From Octopus sinensis (taxonomy: Eukaryota), in contig NC_043009.1 in the NCBI RefSeq assembly GCF_006345805.1, forward strand, positions 61,070,001 to 61,134,000: a DNA stretch of 64,000 bases, read 5' to 3'. This document shows positions 14,303 to 27,240 of the stretch, in pieces. Under the pieces are notes generated by a model, which had not been told where the DNA came from, made no database searches, and was given only the letters and a program-made list of their open reading frames with translations. The number at the start of each line of letters is the position of its first letter. The first letter of the stretch is position 1. The position numbers and the translations under genes were made by a program.

Positions 14303-16926
14303 GTCTAGACAAACTGTACCACATCACACAACACAATTTCACATTCACCACATCAGGCTACACCATTGTCATACTATGGTATGTCACAGAGTACCACACC
14401 AAAAACCAATGAGGAAATCTTTAGGTGGTCAGTTGACCTGATAAAAATAGCTACCAAATCTTCCTCAAATCACACCTTGATGTCTTTAAAAAAATGACGT
14501 ATTGGATCATGTGGTTACAGGTACCCTGACACTGGCAAAAAGACTTGATGATTATGGATGAAATGCATTTGATCATAGGTATGTTTGGTCATTGCTTACC
14601 TGAGGCAAAACACCAACAGCATCACACACCATTGCTATATCACAAGAGACAACATCTCAAACCAGACCACACCATGGCTCCCTGCACATAATATCTCAGA
14701 GAACACTATATGACACACTACCTCACCTGACCATATTGCATTACACTGCAGTAAACCACATCACCTACAACACACTACACAATAACATAATTAACAAAAC
14801 TACATCATATCATGTGGCGGCACATGGCTTAGTGGTTAGGGTGTTAGACTCATGATCGTAAGAGTATGGTTTCGATTCCTGGACTGGGTGATGCGTTGTG
14901 TTCTTGAGCAAAACACTTCATTTTCACATTGCTCCAGTCGACTCAGCTGGCAAAAATGAGTAATCCTGCAACGGATTGGCTTCCCGTCCCGGTGGGGGAA
15001 TTTCTACGCCACTGAAACCGGGAAACCGGTCCTTATGAGCCTGGCATGGCTCCAGAAGGAAATATACATCACATCATATCACACCACATTAAGCAATATC
15101 ACACTGTACCACATTTGTCCACATCACATTACATCACACTAGACCAATTCACATTGCACCAAGCTTGACCACTTTACAGTACACCACTCCAAACCACATC
15201 ACTTTACCCCACACAACTCAACATCATTGCAGCATGATAGATCACATCATATTGCACCAAACTAGACCACATCACTGCACCACAAAATAGACCACATTAC
15301 ATTACACTGCACTAAAGCACATGACACTAAACCACATTGCATTACCTTGCATTAGACTGCATCACAATGCACCACAATAGAGCATATTACATTACACCAT
15401 TCTGGGCCACATCACATTGTACCACACAAGACCACATCTCATCAGGCTGGACCTCACCTCATCACCTTACACCACTCTAGGCCACTTCATATCACACCAG
15501 CCAGACCACATTACAATTGCATCACACTAGCCCACATCACATTGTACTGTAGTCAACCACATCCCTCACCATATCACATACATTGCATCTTGCTGCATTT
15601 CACACAATTCGACACTGCATGACAAGACCCCACTCTACATCATGTTACATGTATTTCTATAAGTCCTCAAAAAACAACACCTACACAATATGAGGAAAGA
15701 AGTAGTTCATTACCATCGCAATTAATCTTATTGCTCCTAAATACACCACATCAGTACACATACGGACCTTACAAAAACTAACTACAACTCCTCCTCAGTC
15801 AACACTGCCCCATGCATACGGCTACCACTACTGCATGGCAAGTAATTATTCAGCTCTCTTCTGAGAATTTCCTTATCATTCTAATAACAGATTCACAAAA
15901 TTAAAAAAAAAGACGAAACAAAATGAAACATTTGCACAAACATCAAAAGAGCTCAGAAACAATTTATACAGAAAATTTGAATTTATATATCACTAAACTC
16001 AACAGCATAACAATCACTAACATAGACACAGTCATTGAGACATCCAGCAATACCACAATCACTAACATAGATTACTAAAGTAGACACATCCAGCAACACC
16101 ATAGTCACAATGTAGATGTTGCAGTACTTTAATTCAATAATTTGTCAGTCACCAACATTTTCAATACAGTACTTTTATATTCAACAATTCTACAATCACC
16201 AGAATAGCTTCTGCAGTATATACATTTGACAAAATTGCTGTCACCAATCCTCCTCCTCATCCTCATCATTTAACGTCTACTTTCTATGCTGGCATGGGTC
16301 AGAGGATTTGACAGCAGCTGGCAAACCGGAGAGCCATACCAGGCTCCAATTGTCTGCTTTGGTGTGGTTCTAAGGCGGCGAGTTGGCAGAAACTTTAGCA
16401 TGCCGGGCGAAATGCTTAGTGGTATTTCGTCTGCCGCTATGTTCTGAGTTCAAATTCCACCGAGGTTGACTTTGCCTTTTATTCTTCGGGTTGATAAATT
16501 AAGTACCAGTTATGCTATGGGGTCGATATAATCGACTTAATACGTGTGTCTGTCCTTGTTTGTCCCCTCTGTGTTTAGCCCCTTGTGGGTAGTAAAGAAA
16601 TAGGTTTCTACAGCTAGATGCCTGTCTTAATGTCAACCACATTACAGAGTGTACTGGGTGCTTTTTACATGGCACCAGCATGGCTGCTTTTACTGTGGCA
16701 CCACTACAGGCATGACACCAGCACAAGGTGCTTTTTTTGTGACACTAGTGGGGTTGCCGAGTTGCTTGGAAGAAAAAACCCTCTCCGCTGAGAGAGGGCA
16801 CGGAGGGAAGTTGTTGTTGTGAGCCAAGTGAGAATAGAAGGACAAAGTTGCCTTACTATAGAGGGGAACCAATGTCACTACAGGACATGCACACATTCAC
16901 CATAATGTCACCAATGCAGTATTATA

Positions 16927-17782
16927 CAGGGTGCGATGGGTAAATTCTCACTATCTTATATTTTTAATTTCACGCATGCACATTGTTTGTTTTTGATTTT
17001 ATTGACTGCAGAGTATGGTAGGCTCAGCTGAGCACCGTCTGTGAGAGAAACAGCACCATGATGCAATTCACTCTGCCAGAAATTTGGAAATAGCATGCTG
17101 TACTGTTTGGCATTCATGCCAGAAGCTGCAATATGAACATTTCAGTGCATTTGGGTGTCAGTCTGAGGACAGTGCAATCTAAGGACTTGTACTGAGAGTG
17201 ATAAAAATCAAACATCCAGTCAACATCATGGTGTTTGGAGTGATCACTAGTGATGGCAACGTTATGCCTCCATTCATCTTCCCACACAGCCTAAGACTCA
17301 ACATGGAGGCCTACATCAAGTACCTGGAGGAGATAATGCTGTCCCGAGCCAAGAGGGTGGTAGCTGGAAGACGCTATGTCTGGCAACAGGACTCTGCACC
17401 ATGCCACACAAGCAGGAGAACCCAGTCATGGCTGTCAGACAGTTTCTGCAACCACACCACACCTAACTCCCCAGACTGCAACCCTCTTGATTATTATTTG
17501 TGGGGCACATTTGAGCAAGAGACCAACAAAACTCCTTCTAACACCAAAGATGAACTCAAGGCATTCACCAACTTAAACAAGGAGACTGTCCAAAAGAGTT
17601 GCAGGCGATTCCAAAGTCGTCTGGAAGCTGTGGTTGAAGCCAATGGCAATTTTATTGAATAAATTTACTCCTTAGTATTTCAAGATATTTTTATTTGGTA
17701 AATATATGTTAAATTGAGATGCCAATCTTATTTTCATTTTTGCATAATTTAGACGACAATTTATTCACCGTACACTACCCTG
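16927..17782 (+). mobile_element. Internally deleted Tc1/mariner-superfamily transposon
   Basis: TA|CAGGGTG...CCCTG|TA termini. ORF 17198-17662 encodes the catalytic C-terminal half (MVFGVITSDG, WQQDSAPCH, SPDCNPLDYYLW). Confidence 0.9.
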
Positions 17783-17857
17783 TATATTCATCTTCATGAT
17801 AATTACCAACCACAATGTAAACATTATGGTGCATACATTTAATAATGCCCTAATCTA

Positions 17858-19048
17858 CTGGGTCATCCCATAAATAATGCAGTTTTTTTTAATACTTTTC
17901 AAAATCAAGATAAAGTTCTTTATTAATCTAAAATATACTCTCCTTCATTTTCTACAATGCACTTCCATCTATCTGGTAGACTTGCAAGGTCCCTCTTCCA
18001 AAATTCACTTGTCTGTGATGAAAAATACTCCTCCAGTACTGTTTTGACCTCATCTATAGAATAAATGATAATTAGATAGGGCAAAGTCCGGTGAATATGG
18101 TGGGTGGGGGCATTATTTCCCATTTAAACTACTCCAGCCTTTGGAATGTCATCCTTGATGTATATGGCTGGGCATTATCCTGATGGAAGAACACCTTTTG
18201 TCTTGAAACCAAAGATGGTCAGTTTTCTTCTAGCACTGACTTAAGCCACTCCAGCTGCTCACAGTAGATTTCCTTTGTTATCATTTGGTTTGGATTTAAA
18301 TGTTCAAAGTGGACTAAACCTTTCATGTCCCACCAAACAGATAACAGCACCTTATGTGGGTGAGGACCTTCTTTAGCCTGGGATGCTGGTATTTCTCCTT
18401 TCCCAACCCACTGTCTTTGGCACTTGACATTTTTATAGAGAACCTGTTTCTCATCATCAGTCACTATTCAGTCCAAAAAAAAGGTTCATTCATGAGACGT
18501 GACAGCAAAGAAGAGCACACATTCACTCTCTGCTTGCAATTACACTCAGAATGTTTGTGAGGAACCTATTGACCCAATTTGCTCACTTTTCCAATGGCAC
18601 ACAGCTTCTCTGCTAGTTTCTCAACAGTTACGATGGGATTTTGTTCCACTAGGGTTTGCAGAACATTCTCATTGAGCTCTACAGATCTTTCAGGATGAAA
18701 CTCGTCTTCTAGGCTATAGTTTCCGGCTCAGAATTTCTGGAAGGCTTACACTTATTGTCCAATCCCTATGTACTGCATTAATATTCCTCACACTTTCCGT
18801 TGCGTTGTTGCCTATATTGAACACATAAAGCAAAATATGCTGAATATGCTCCTTTGTCACTTCCATTATAGCTTTGAAAAAATAACCTGTTGAAATCAAA
18901 CTGCACTCATCAAAACTTGCACTAAGAATAAGCACAAGGTAAAATTACTAACTGCTTTTATAGCAAGTTGATGCAGGTAGTTTATCCCATTCCCCTCCGA
19001 CTTTTAGTTCATGCGATTGAAAAAACCACTATTTATGGAATGACCTAA
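17858..19048 (-). mobile_element. Near full-length decayed mariner (Mos1/SETMAR-like transposase relic)
   Basis: Imperfect TIRs (CTGGGTCATCCCATAAATA / TATTTATGGAATGACCTAA) flanked by TA. Relic peptides TDDEKQVLYKN, HPHKVLLSVWWD, LPDRWKCIVENEGEY, MEVTKEHIQHILLY. Confidence 0.9.
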
Positions 19049-19442
19049 TATATCAAACACTGTACTATATAGTACATACAATAATCAACACTGCAGTATA
19101 TACACTATACAACACTGTAGTCATTAAATAGTCATTGTAGTACATACATTCAACAATACTGCAATCACCAAAAACGCACACTGCAATATCATCATCATTT
19201 AACATCCATTTTCTATGCTGGTATGGGTTAGATGGTTTAATGAGCTGGTAAAGAAGATGGGGGCTGAACCAGGTTTCATTGTCTGTTCTGGCATGGTGTC
19301 TACAGCTTGATACTCTTCCTAGCACCAACCATTTTACAGAAGTGTACTGGGCGCCTTTTATATGGCACCAGAACCAGCATTAATTCTGCAGTTGTGGATG
19401 GGTTTTCTTGAATACATCAAGGTGCCAGATATTCTGTCTATT

Positions 19443-19537
19443 GGTCCTTTGTCAAGATATCTCAAACCCTTGTCAAGATATCTCGGTCCTTTGTCAAAAT
19501 ATCTCAGTCCTTTGTCAAGATATCTTGGTCTTTTGCC
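19443..19537. repeat. 21-bp tandem repeat, about 4.5 copies
   Basis: Unit GGTCCTTTGTCAAGATATCTC. Confidence 0.9.
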
Positions 19538-19544
19538 ACTGCAA

Positions 19545-19575
<31 letters not shown>

Positions 19576-19869
19576 TTATTGCTTTTATGTTCCCCTTAAA
19601 GTTCCATTCATTGTTGCATACTTTTGGATACTCTTGGCGTTGTGGACTTACCTAACAACTGTGAGCTTTCCTTCATCAATGCTTTCCATGCTATGACAAT
19701 GGATTACTTAACTGTCTGTGTTGCATCATTCTGTCCTGCCAATATGTGACATGCTTCACTTTGATATGCCTCAATCCTTTATGGATCCTTTATAATTAGA
19801 GCTAGATCTTCCCGCTGATATCTCTGGGCACTTCTGTTATCTCAACCTATGGAATGGAGAACGGGAACA

Positions 19870-22800
19870 TGGAATTACCAATCCCTATTCGCAAACAATA
19901 TATGAATCTCCTTATCCATTGGACAATTTTTTTTATTCAGTGACTAAGATAAAAATGGCACCGTGAAATTGAAGAAGATGAGTTCAAACATATCTTCAAG
20001 TCTAGATGAAACAATCCTTATAAACCTAGTCTGGATACTTTCGAAAAGGCTCTATTCTGTATTATTGAGAACGTAAGTTCTAGAAAATATCCTTTCAGAA
20101 ACAATCCCTTTTTAAAAAAAGAACTTAATACAGTCATAAAGGGACTCAAGAAATCTTCTGGCATCTTAGTCCAGGTGCACAAGACAAGAAATCTACATAG
20201 CTTCAACCTTTACCAGAGGCTTATACTTAAGGGAGTACATAGGGACTATTAAAATAACTTCAAGCTCTATACAGGATCACATCAACTCTGAAGGTCGTCA
20301 GATTGGCTGCCAACTTAACCTCAAAGATTGTACTAAACTTCTTAAAACTAAAACACTGAGGATTAATTGTAAAGAATCAGAACAGAAAGTTCAGAGAGAA
20401 CCTTTCTGTAAGGCTTATATGTTCTTTGACCAGATTAGTAAGAAAATACTTGACACTATCACTCCTCCCTCTATTTTTGTTAAGCTAAATTTTTATCTGT
20501 GGTTCAACATTTCTGATTTGGTTGATTGGTTTGAACATGTTCAACACAAACTAGGTGTAGTTTCATAAATTTTTATATTGATAGTTATTACTCTAGTATA
20601 TCTTTCAGTATTACTAAATAAAGTCTTGATGTTTGCAATGGAAATTTCTTCTTTAACACATAGAGATATTGATCTTATTCTAGGTGTAGACACTTAGTTA
20701 TAAAGTTTGATAGGAAATTATGGACCAGGAAAGACAGAGCTAATAACTTTGATACTACAGTGGGATCCAGCAGCTCTGTGCAAGTCACAGAGCTTATTAG
20801 GATATGTTTATTGTATGCCTTACAGCATAATTTCCCTGGTCTTATTTACTTTGTACCAAGATTATGCATTGTTTATATTTCCTAGCACTACTAAAGTGTA
20901 TATTGAAAGATCAAGGAAGAAATGAAAATTTTTTAGCAACTCTGGACTAGGAATTACAGTAGAAAATAATTTTAGGATAATCAGTTTCCTCAATGTCACC
21001 TTAGACCTTAACTATGGATTATACTATTCATACTGCAATATAACTGTTAATATTAATTATGTAAATCACTACTCCAATTACCCTAGAAGTGTAATTAATT
21101 ATATTTATCAGCTAAAGAAAATATCTTTAGGCAGGATTCTCAGTACTCTAATGAGGTGCTCAATATGGCTAGTTACAAGGAGAAAATTATATCTAAATCT
21201 GGAGAACCCCTTAACAGTAATGGAGTAAGCAACCATACTATTAGTTCTTCTAAATGTAGTTCTGCTAATAACATTACCAAGAATAATATTAGTAATAATA
21301 CCAGGAATATTACTAACAACAGCAACAACAACAATAATAATAATTGTAGTAATAGTATTAGAAACAGTAATGTTCATAATTATCTGATGATAACATGATG
21401 AATAGGACATAAGCTGGAGGTGCTTGCAGTACAAGCAACAGTAATAAAAGTAACAGTACTGATAGTAATAAAACTGGTGATAGTTGTTATAATAATGGAA
21501 GTGACTGACTGGTGTCCGTGTTGGTGGTATGTAAAAGCACCAACTGATCGTGGCCGTTTGCCAGCCTCCCCTGGCCCCTGTGCTGGTGGCATGTAAAAAG
21601 CATCCACTACACTTATAGAGTGGGTGGCGTTAGGAAGGGCATCCAGCTGTAGAAACACTGCCAAATCAGACTGGAGCCTGGTGCAGCCTCCTGGCTTCCC
21701 AGACCCCAGTCCAACCCATGCTAGCATGGAAAATGGACGTTAAACAATGATGATGATGATGTTATCATGTACATTGTTTTATTTGGTATAAAAGATGGGC
21801 TACAGCAAATATTCTGCTCTATACCACAGATTTGCTTGTCAGTTGTTTGACCTTAACCAGTTGACCATGTCCCTTAGTGGCTGACGATATGTGCATCTAT
21901 GATCATGAGCAGAAGTAGTGGGGGAGCATCATAGCCATGTGTTGAGAGGGATTCTTTGGGGTTTGAATAATTCACCTCTGGAAACATGGGTGGTTCTTTC
22001 AACATTCTTAAACAACCTTTATTGAGGGACCTTTTGAATGGAATGGGTTACTTGACCAGAAGAAAATTCTAACAGGACCCCATCTGCAAGGTCATGTGCT
22101 GTTTATCTTGATATGAAATCACCATGTTGTGCACATATGGTTGTGATGCATGTGCCTGGTGTACCCTTATCAAACGGGTAGTCATGATGGGTATACTGGA
22201 CTTCGTATATTTTACCCCAGTGTCACTTTGACGGCATGCACTGCTCTCTCACTCAATAATAATAATAATAATATCAACAACAATAATCTTTCTACTACAG
22301 GTACAAGACCTGGAATTTTGAGGAAGGGGGCAAGTTAATTACATCGACCCCAAAACCCGACTGGTTTTTATTTTACCAACCCTGAAAGGGATGAAAGGCA
22401 AAGTCAACCTCAGCAGAATTTAAACTCAGAATGTAAAAGCAGATGCAGTGCTACTAAGCATTTTTTTCTGGCATGCTAATGTTTCTGCTGGTTTGCTGTC
22501 TTAATAATAATTATAAAAATACTAGTAATATTAATAGCATTGGTAATAATAATAGTGACAATAATAACACCAATAATAATTATGAAAATAAAGGGTATTT
22601 GTACCTGCCAAAGAAGTAGTTGGCAGATATTACATAAAAGTGATATATTGTGGTATAACCCTTCATGATCTACAAATATTGTTACATAACTAGCTAGGAA
22701 GTTTTTCATTATTTTGGAAAAAAACACTCCCCTCCATCTAACAGATGTAGTAGAATCTTTAACAAATACAAGATTACGCTCTCTTTTTCTACCATACTTA

Positions 22801-23513
22801 ACCTAGCCAATCACATTAGTGTTATTAAGAATTCCCCCAATAATAGTAATAGCATAAACCCTTACAGAGATGGAACCCAAACCCACTCTATCCATTTTTA
22901 CTGCTACTGTACTTTCCAACACTCATTCAGTATGAGGACACAACATTAATAATATTAGTGAATAAAAGTGGAGGAATTAATGATAATAATAATGATGATG
23001 ATGATAATCCTTTCTAATATTGGCACAAGGCCTGCAATTTTACAGGAGGAGTCTAGTCACTTATATCGATCCTAGTGCTTAACTGGTACTTATTTCATCA
23101 ACCCTGAAGTATTTTGCCCTGTATGCTAATGGTCCTGCCAGCTCAATACCATAATGATAATAATAATGAAAACAATATTAATAATGACATTGATTACAAT
23201 AATAATACAGATGCTATTGATTGGGTTAATATTAAGTATAGAAATAGTGAAAGAACTAACCATCATAGGTGTAAGAATTCATGTAATAATATTAATTATA
23301 TCAATTTGGGGAGGGGGAGTAAGATGATTACATCAACCCCCAGTGCTCAACTGGTACTTATTTTAGCAACCCTGAAAGGATGGAAGGCAAAGTCCACCTC
23401 AGTGGCAGTTGAATTCAGAATGTAAAGGTGAACATATAATAATAATACTAATACTAGACATATTGGTATTAATAGTTGTGATAATGGTTATGGTAATAAC
23501 TGTAGTAGTAGTA

Positions 23514-23551
<38 letters not shown>

Positions 23552-24000
23552 CATAATCATTTTGGAGCACTGGTGGGACTAAATGATGCTTATACTTCCA
23601 GTATGAATTTTGGTAATGTAAGTGTTGATGGCATGACTAAAGCACATAATTCTTCTGATTATGACTACATTATTGTATGAATTATTTAACCTTTCAATAT
23701 TCTCATCCTGATATTAATTAGATTATGTAACTGTAAGAAGAGAATTGACATGCTCTCTAGGAAATAAATGCCTAACCAAAAACTTATATAAGTGTTGTAT
23801 TAGAACTAGTCCACATACATTCACCTATGTGGGTTTCACGTCTTCCATTTTTAAAGTAAGATTATGTAGTCATCTTCATACACTTAGGAGAGATACAGCA
23901 CAAAAAACAACACTCTCCATGAAGGTCTTGGAGTTAAATGGACGAAAATGTCAACTTTCATCTGATGTGAAATATTGCTAGAAGCATTAAACCAATTGTT
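19870..24000 (+). mobile_element. Decayed Penelope-like retroelement (RT + GIY-YIG), fragmented by later insertions
   Basis: Relic RT motifs: QISKKILD / WFNISDLVDWF / FINFYIDSYYSSI (20431-20600), GSSSSVQVTEL (about 20760), LYQDYAL (YRDD position, about 20851), SFLNVTLDL...YVNHYSNYP (about 20980-21085). CNC-x5-C-x5-C at 23726 followed by YKCCI...TYVGFT...FKVR...H...TTLS (GIY-YIG). Many stops and frameshifts. Confidence 0.82.
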
Positions 24001-25662
24001 AGTGGTAGATATGGTTGGAATCTCTATGGCTTAGAATTGTTGGAAATCTTAAGATATATGGTGAAATTATTAACGGATCAGATGAATTAAAGATCAAATA
24101 CCTACATTCTATCCATATATCTTTCTTATGCTTTAAACTAATTCTATAAAGTCTTCCCTGAGTGTTAGATATATATCTATTGGAAATATCAGTTCTGATA
24201 TTTTCTGGCCTCTCAGTTTGTGACTTCTTTGCAACTAAATAATTGATATCTGTAAATTTTAGTGCTGGTGCCATGTATAAAGCACCCATGCTGGTGCCGC
24301 ATAAAAACCATCTGTGTTGGTGTCTCATATAAAGCACTGTTGCTGGTGCCACATAAAAAGCATCCAGTACACTCTATAAAGTGGTTGATGTTAGAAAAGA
24401 GCATCCAGCTGTAGAAACCATGCTTGAACAAACAATTGGGGCCCAGTGTAGCTCTCTGACTTGCCATCTCCTCTCAAAATGTCCAACCCATGCCAGCATG
24501 GAAAACAGACACTAAATGATGATGATGATGACGATGATGATGATATACTAACAAATTTTTAAATTTATAGCTTTGACACTGCTTATTGCCTATACCAAAA
24601 GTATTGTCTTCCTGTCAGTGTGTTGACCACACTCACAATTGATTTATCCTATTCTGCTTCTGTTATTTCTTCCCTCTCCCTTTTCTCTGAGTTTTCACTG
24701 GAAGCTTTCTCAAATTTGTGGCTTTCCTTAAGTTATTCTCCCTGAATTATAAATTAGCTGAACTTCCCTTAGTTAAAGTTGATACTCTATAAGTTCTGTA
24801 ATAATTAATCAGAGCATTTTTATTAAGACTAATTAAGTGAACAAATAAGTAATACTGGAATTTATTAGCCATGCCACTCCTTAATGTAGTCAACTTTAAA
24901 ACACTATAACACTGTTTTTTTTTTTTTTTTTGAGGAGAGTTGGCAGCTTTTTTCTTTGAACATGTTTTAATAATGTCAAATGTTGTGCTTGGCACCTGCT
25001 ATCCACCAGTATACAAACATGTTCTGCCACTACCAACCTTCATGAATGAGATTGCTAAGTTTAATGACATCTTGAACTGTTCTTTAATTTTCAACCTCAT
25101 TCTGCTGTCCACCTACACTGTTTGACAGTTTGTAGTCCCACCCAATTTACATTTCTTAAATGTTGGTAATTCTGATTAGAAGTTTTACTTGTTGGTGATC
25201 TGTTGATCAATCAACATATCACTGCTTGCTTGTTTACTTGGTTACCCTGATGAGTTTCAGAGTTGCATAAAATATTGTGTAATCCTGTGGATATTGTGCA
25301 TATGGCATACTTGACTATACTATGCTTACAATAAAAACTCTTAACAAAAACCAATTGTAGCTGTACCACATAACCCTTCATCTGCTTAGCGAGGTCGTTG
25401 CCAGTGTTGCTGGACTGACTTCTGTGTAGGTGGCACATAAAAGGCACCATTTGAGTGTGGCTGTTGCCAGTACCACCTGACTGGCGCATGTGCCGGTGGC
25501 ACGTAAAAGCACACACTACACTCTCGGAATGGTTGGCGTTAGGAAGGGCATCCAGCTGTAGAAACTCTGCCAGATCAGATGCAGCCATCTGGTTCGCCAG
25601 TCCTCAGTCAAATCATCCAACCCATGCTAGTTAAACGATGATATATATATATATATATATAT

Positions 25663-25810
25663 ATAGAGCAATAAGAAAATGGAGGGGATCAATAGGTGGT
25701 TCATCAACTTTGAGACATTATATTATGTCAATTTATTTACATTGACATAATATAATGTCTAAAAGTTGACGAACCACCTATTGATAACCTCCATTTTCTT
25801 GTTACTCTAT
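25663..25810. repeat. Near-perfect palindrome, about 70-bp arms
   Basis: ATAGAGCAATAAGAAAATGGAGG...TATGTCAAT [TTATTTAC] ATTGACATA...CCTCCATTTTCTTGTTACTCTAT. Confidence 0.9.
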
Positions 25811-26059
25811 AAATTAATGGTAAAATACCTATTTGCCCTCACCCATTTTGTACACTAGGTAATGTAATTGCAATGCAAAAATAAAAACCCACTTGTGTAT
25901 TAATAATTGGGTATTCTACCAGCAGTATATTGGATAGATATTATCCCTTAGTGGGTTGGATTCACAACCTCTAACTTTCTTGAAATATGTCATAGGGCCA
26001 GTCAGGCGCAAGTTGACTAAAATTGAGAGTATGATAGAAGAAGGCTTGCTCTTCCTTCC

Positions 26060-26309
26060 GTAGAAGAAAAAAATTCAAATCAGACCATGTTAACACCAAA
26101 AATTATTTATATCAAAAAGGTGCTTTTTTCCTATGAAAATCCCTATTTTTTACGATTTTTTTATTCCTGTGTCACCATTTTTCGGTGTATTTCAACCAGA
26201 AAAATGTTCACTTAAAGACATTAACAAGCTACATAATGCAAAATTTTTTCAAAAATTCCAATTCTAAAGGGTCAAAACAAACCCGAGCAACGCCGGGCGA
26301 TACTGCTAG
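26060..26309 (+). mobile_element. Helitron-like 3' end
   Basis: Subterminal hairpin CCCGAGCAACGCCGGG followed 8 nt later by CTAG|T (26306-26310). The 5' boundary is uncertain. Confidence 0.65.
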
Positions 26310-27240
26310 TATTTAAATAAATTGCTAATGTAGTCTTGATGCCTGTCCGTCTTCTAATATTGAAAATCTCATTTGAATTTCGACTGAATTACTGAGATGA
26401 GAAATTATTATTATACACTTCCTTCCTTGTAAAATGGGTTAGTGACAGGAAAGGCGTCCAGCTGTTAAACACTGCTTCAACAATACATGTTTGTGTAACA
26501 ATGCTGGGATGAAAAAAGAAATAGATGCTAAACAAATAAATGAACACACTGATGGATTCAGATTAGTTTTTTCATCATGATTGTTATGGTCACAGCATTT
26601 CAGCCAGTGTAGTTTCTAGTCTTCTTCAGGTGTCTGACATATTCAGTAGCCTTCTTGGTATCATGGACCAAACCTTTATCAATTCCGTGCTGTGGTAGAT
26701 TGTTCTCATTCTGTTGTCATACTATGGATGTTATTAGTTATTTCCTTATTTGTTATGTCTCTTGCTTGTTCAGTTTCAACTAGAAAATATATTGCTTGGT
26801 TAACCCAGGATTTGAACTAATTGCCCACTAATTAATCTACTAAACTTAACCCTTAATCTATTAAATTACTAATCTACTAAACTTAACCTTTGACACTTAT
26901 ATCTATTATACCATTGGTTTATTATCTTCTCTACAAGTAGCAGTACCTGGCCTTCAGGTGAAATGCTTAGTGGTATTTCGTCTGCCGTTACGTTCAGAGT
27001 TCAAATTCCACCGAGGTCGACTTTGCCTTTTATCCTTTCAAGGTCAATTAAATAAGTACCAGTTACGCACTGGGGTCGATGTAATCGACTTAATCCATTT
27101 GTCTGTCCTTGTTTGTCCTCTCTATGTTTAGCCCCTTGTGGGTAGTAAAGAAATAGGTATTTTGTCTGCTGTTACGTTCTGAGTTCAAATTCCGCCGATG
27201 TCAACTATGCCTTTCATCCTTTCGGGGTCATTTAAATAAG

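Noticed and set aside
17198-17662. 154-aa transposase ORF as a functional or domesticated gene
   Set aside because: It lacks the DNA-binding domain and first catalytic Asp region, has a deletion near the WPPNSPD motif, and lies within a TIR-bounded deleted element.
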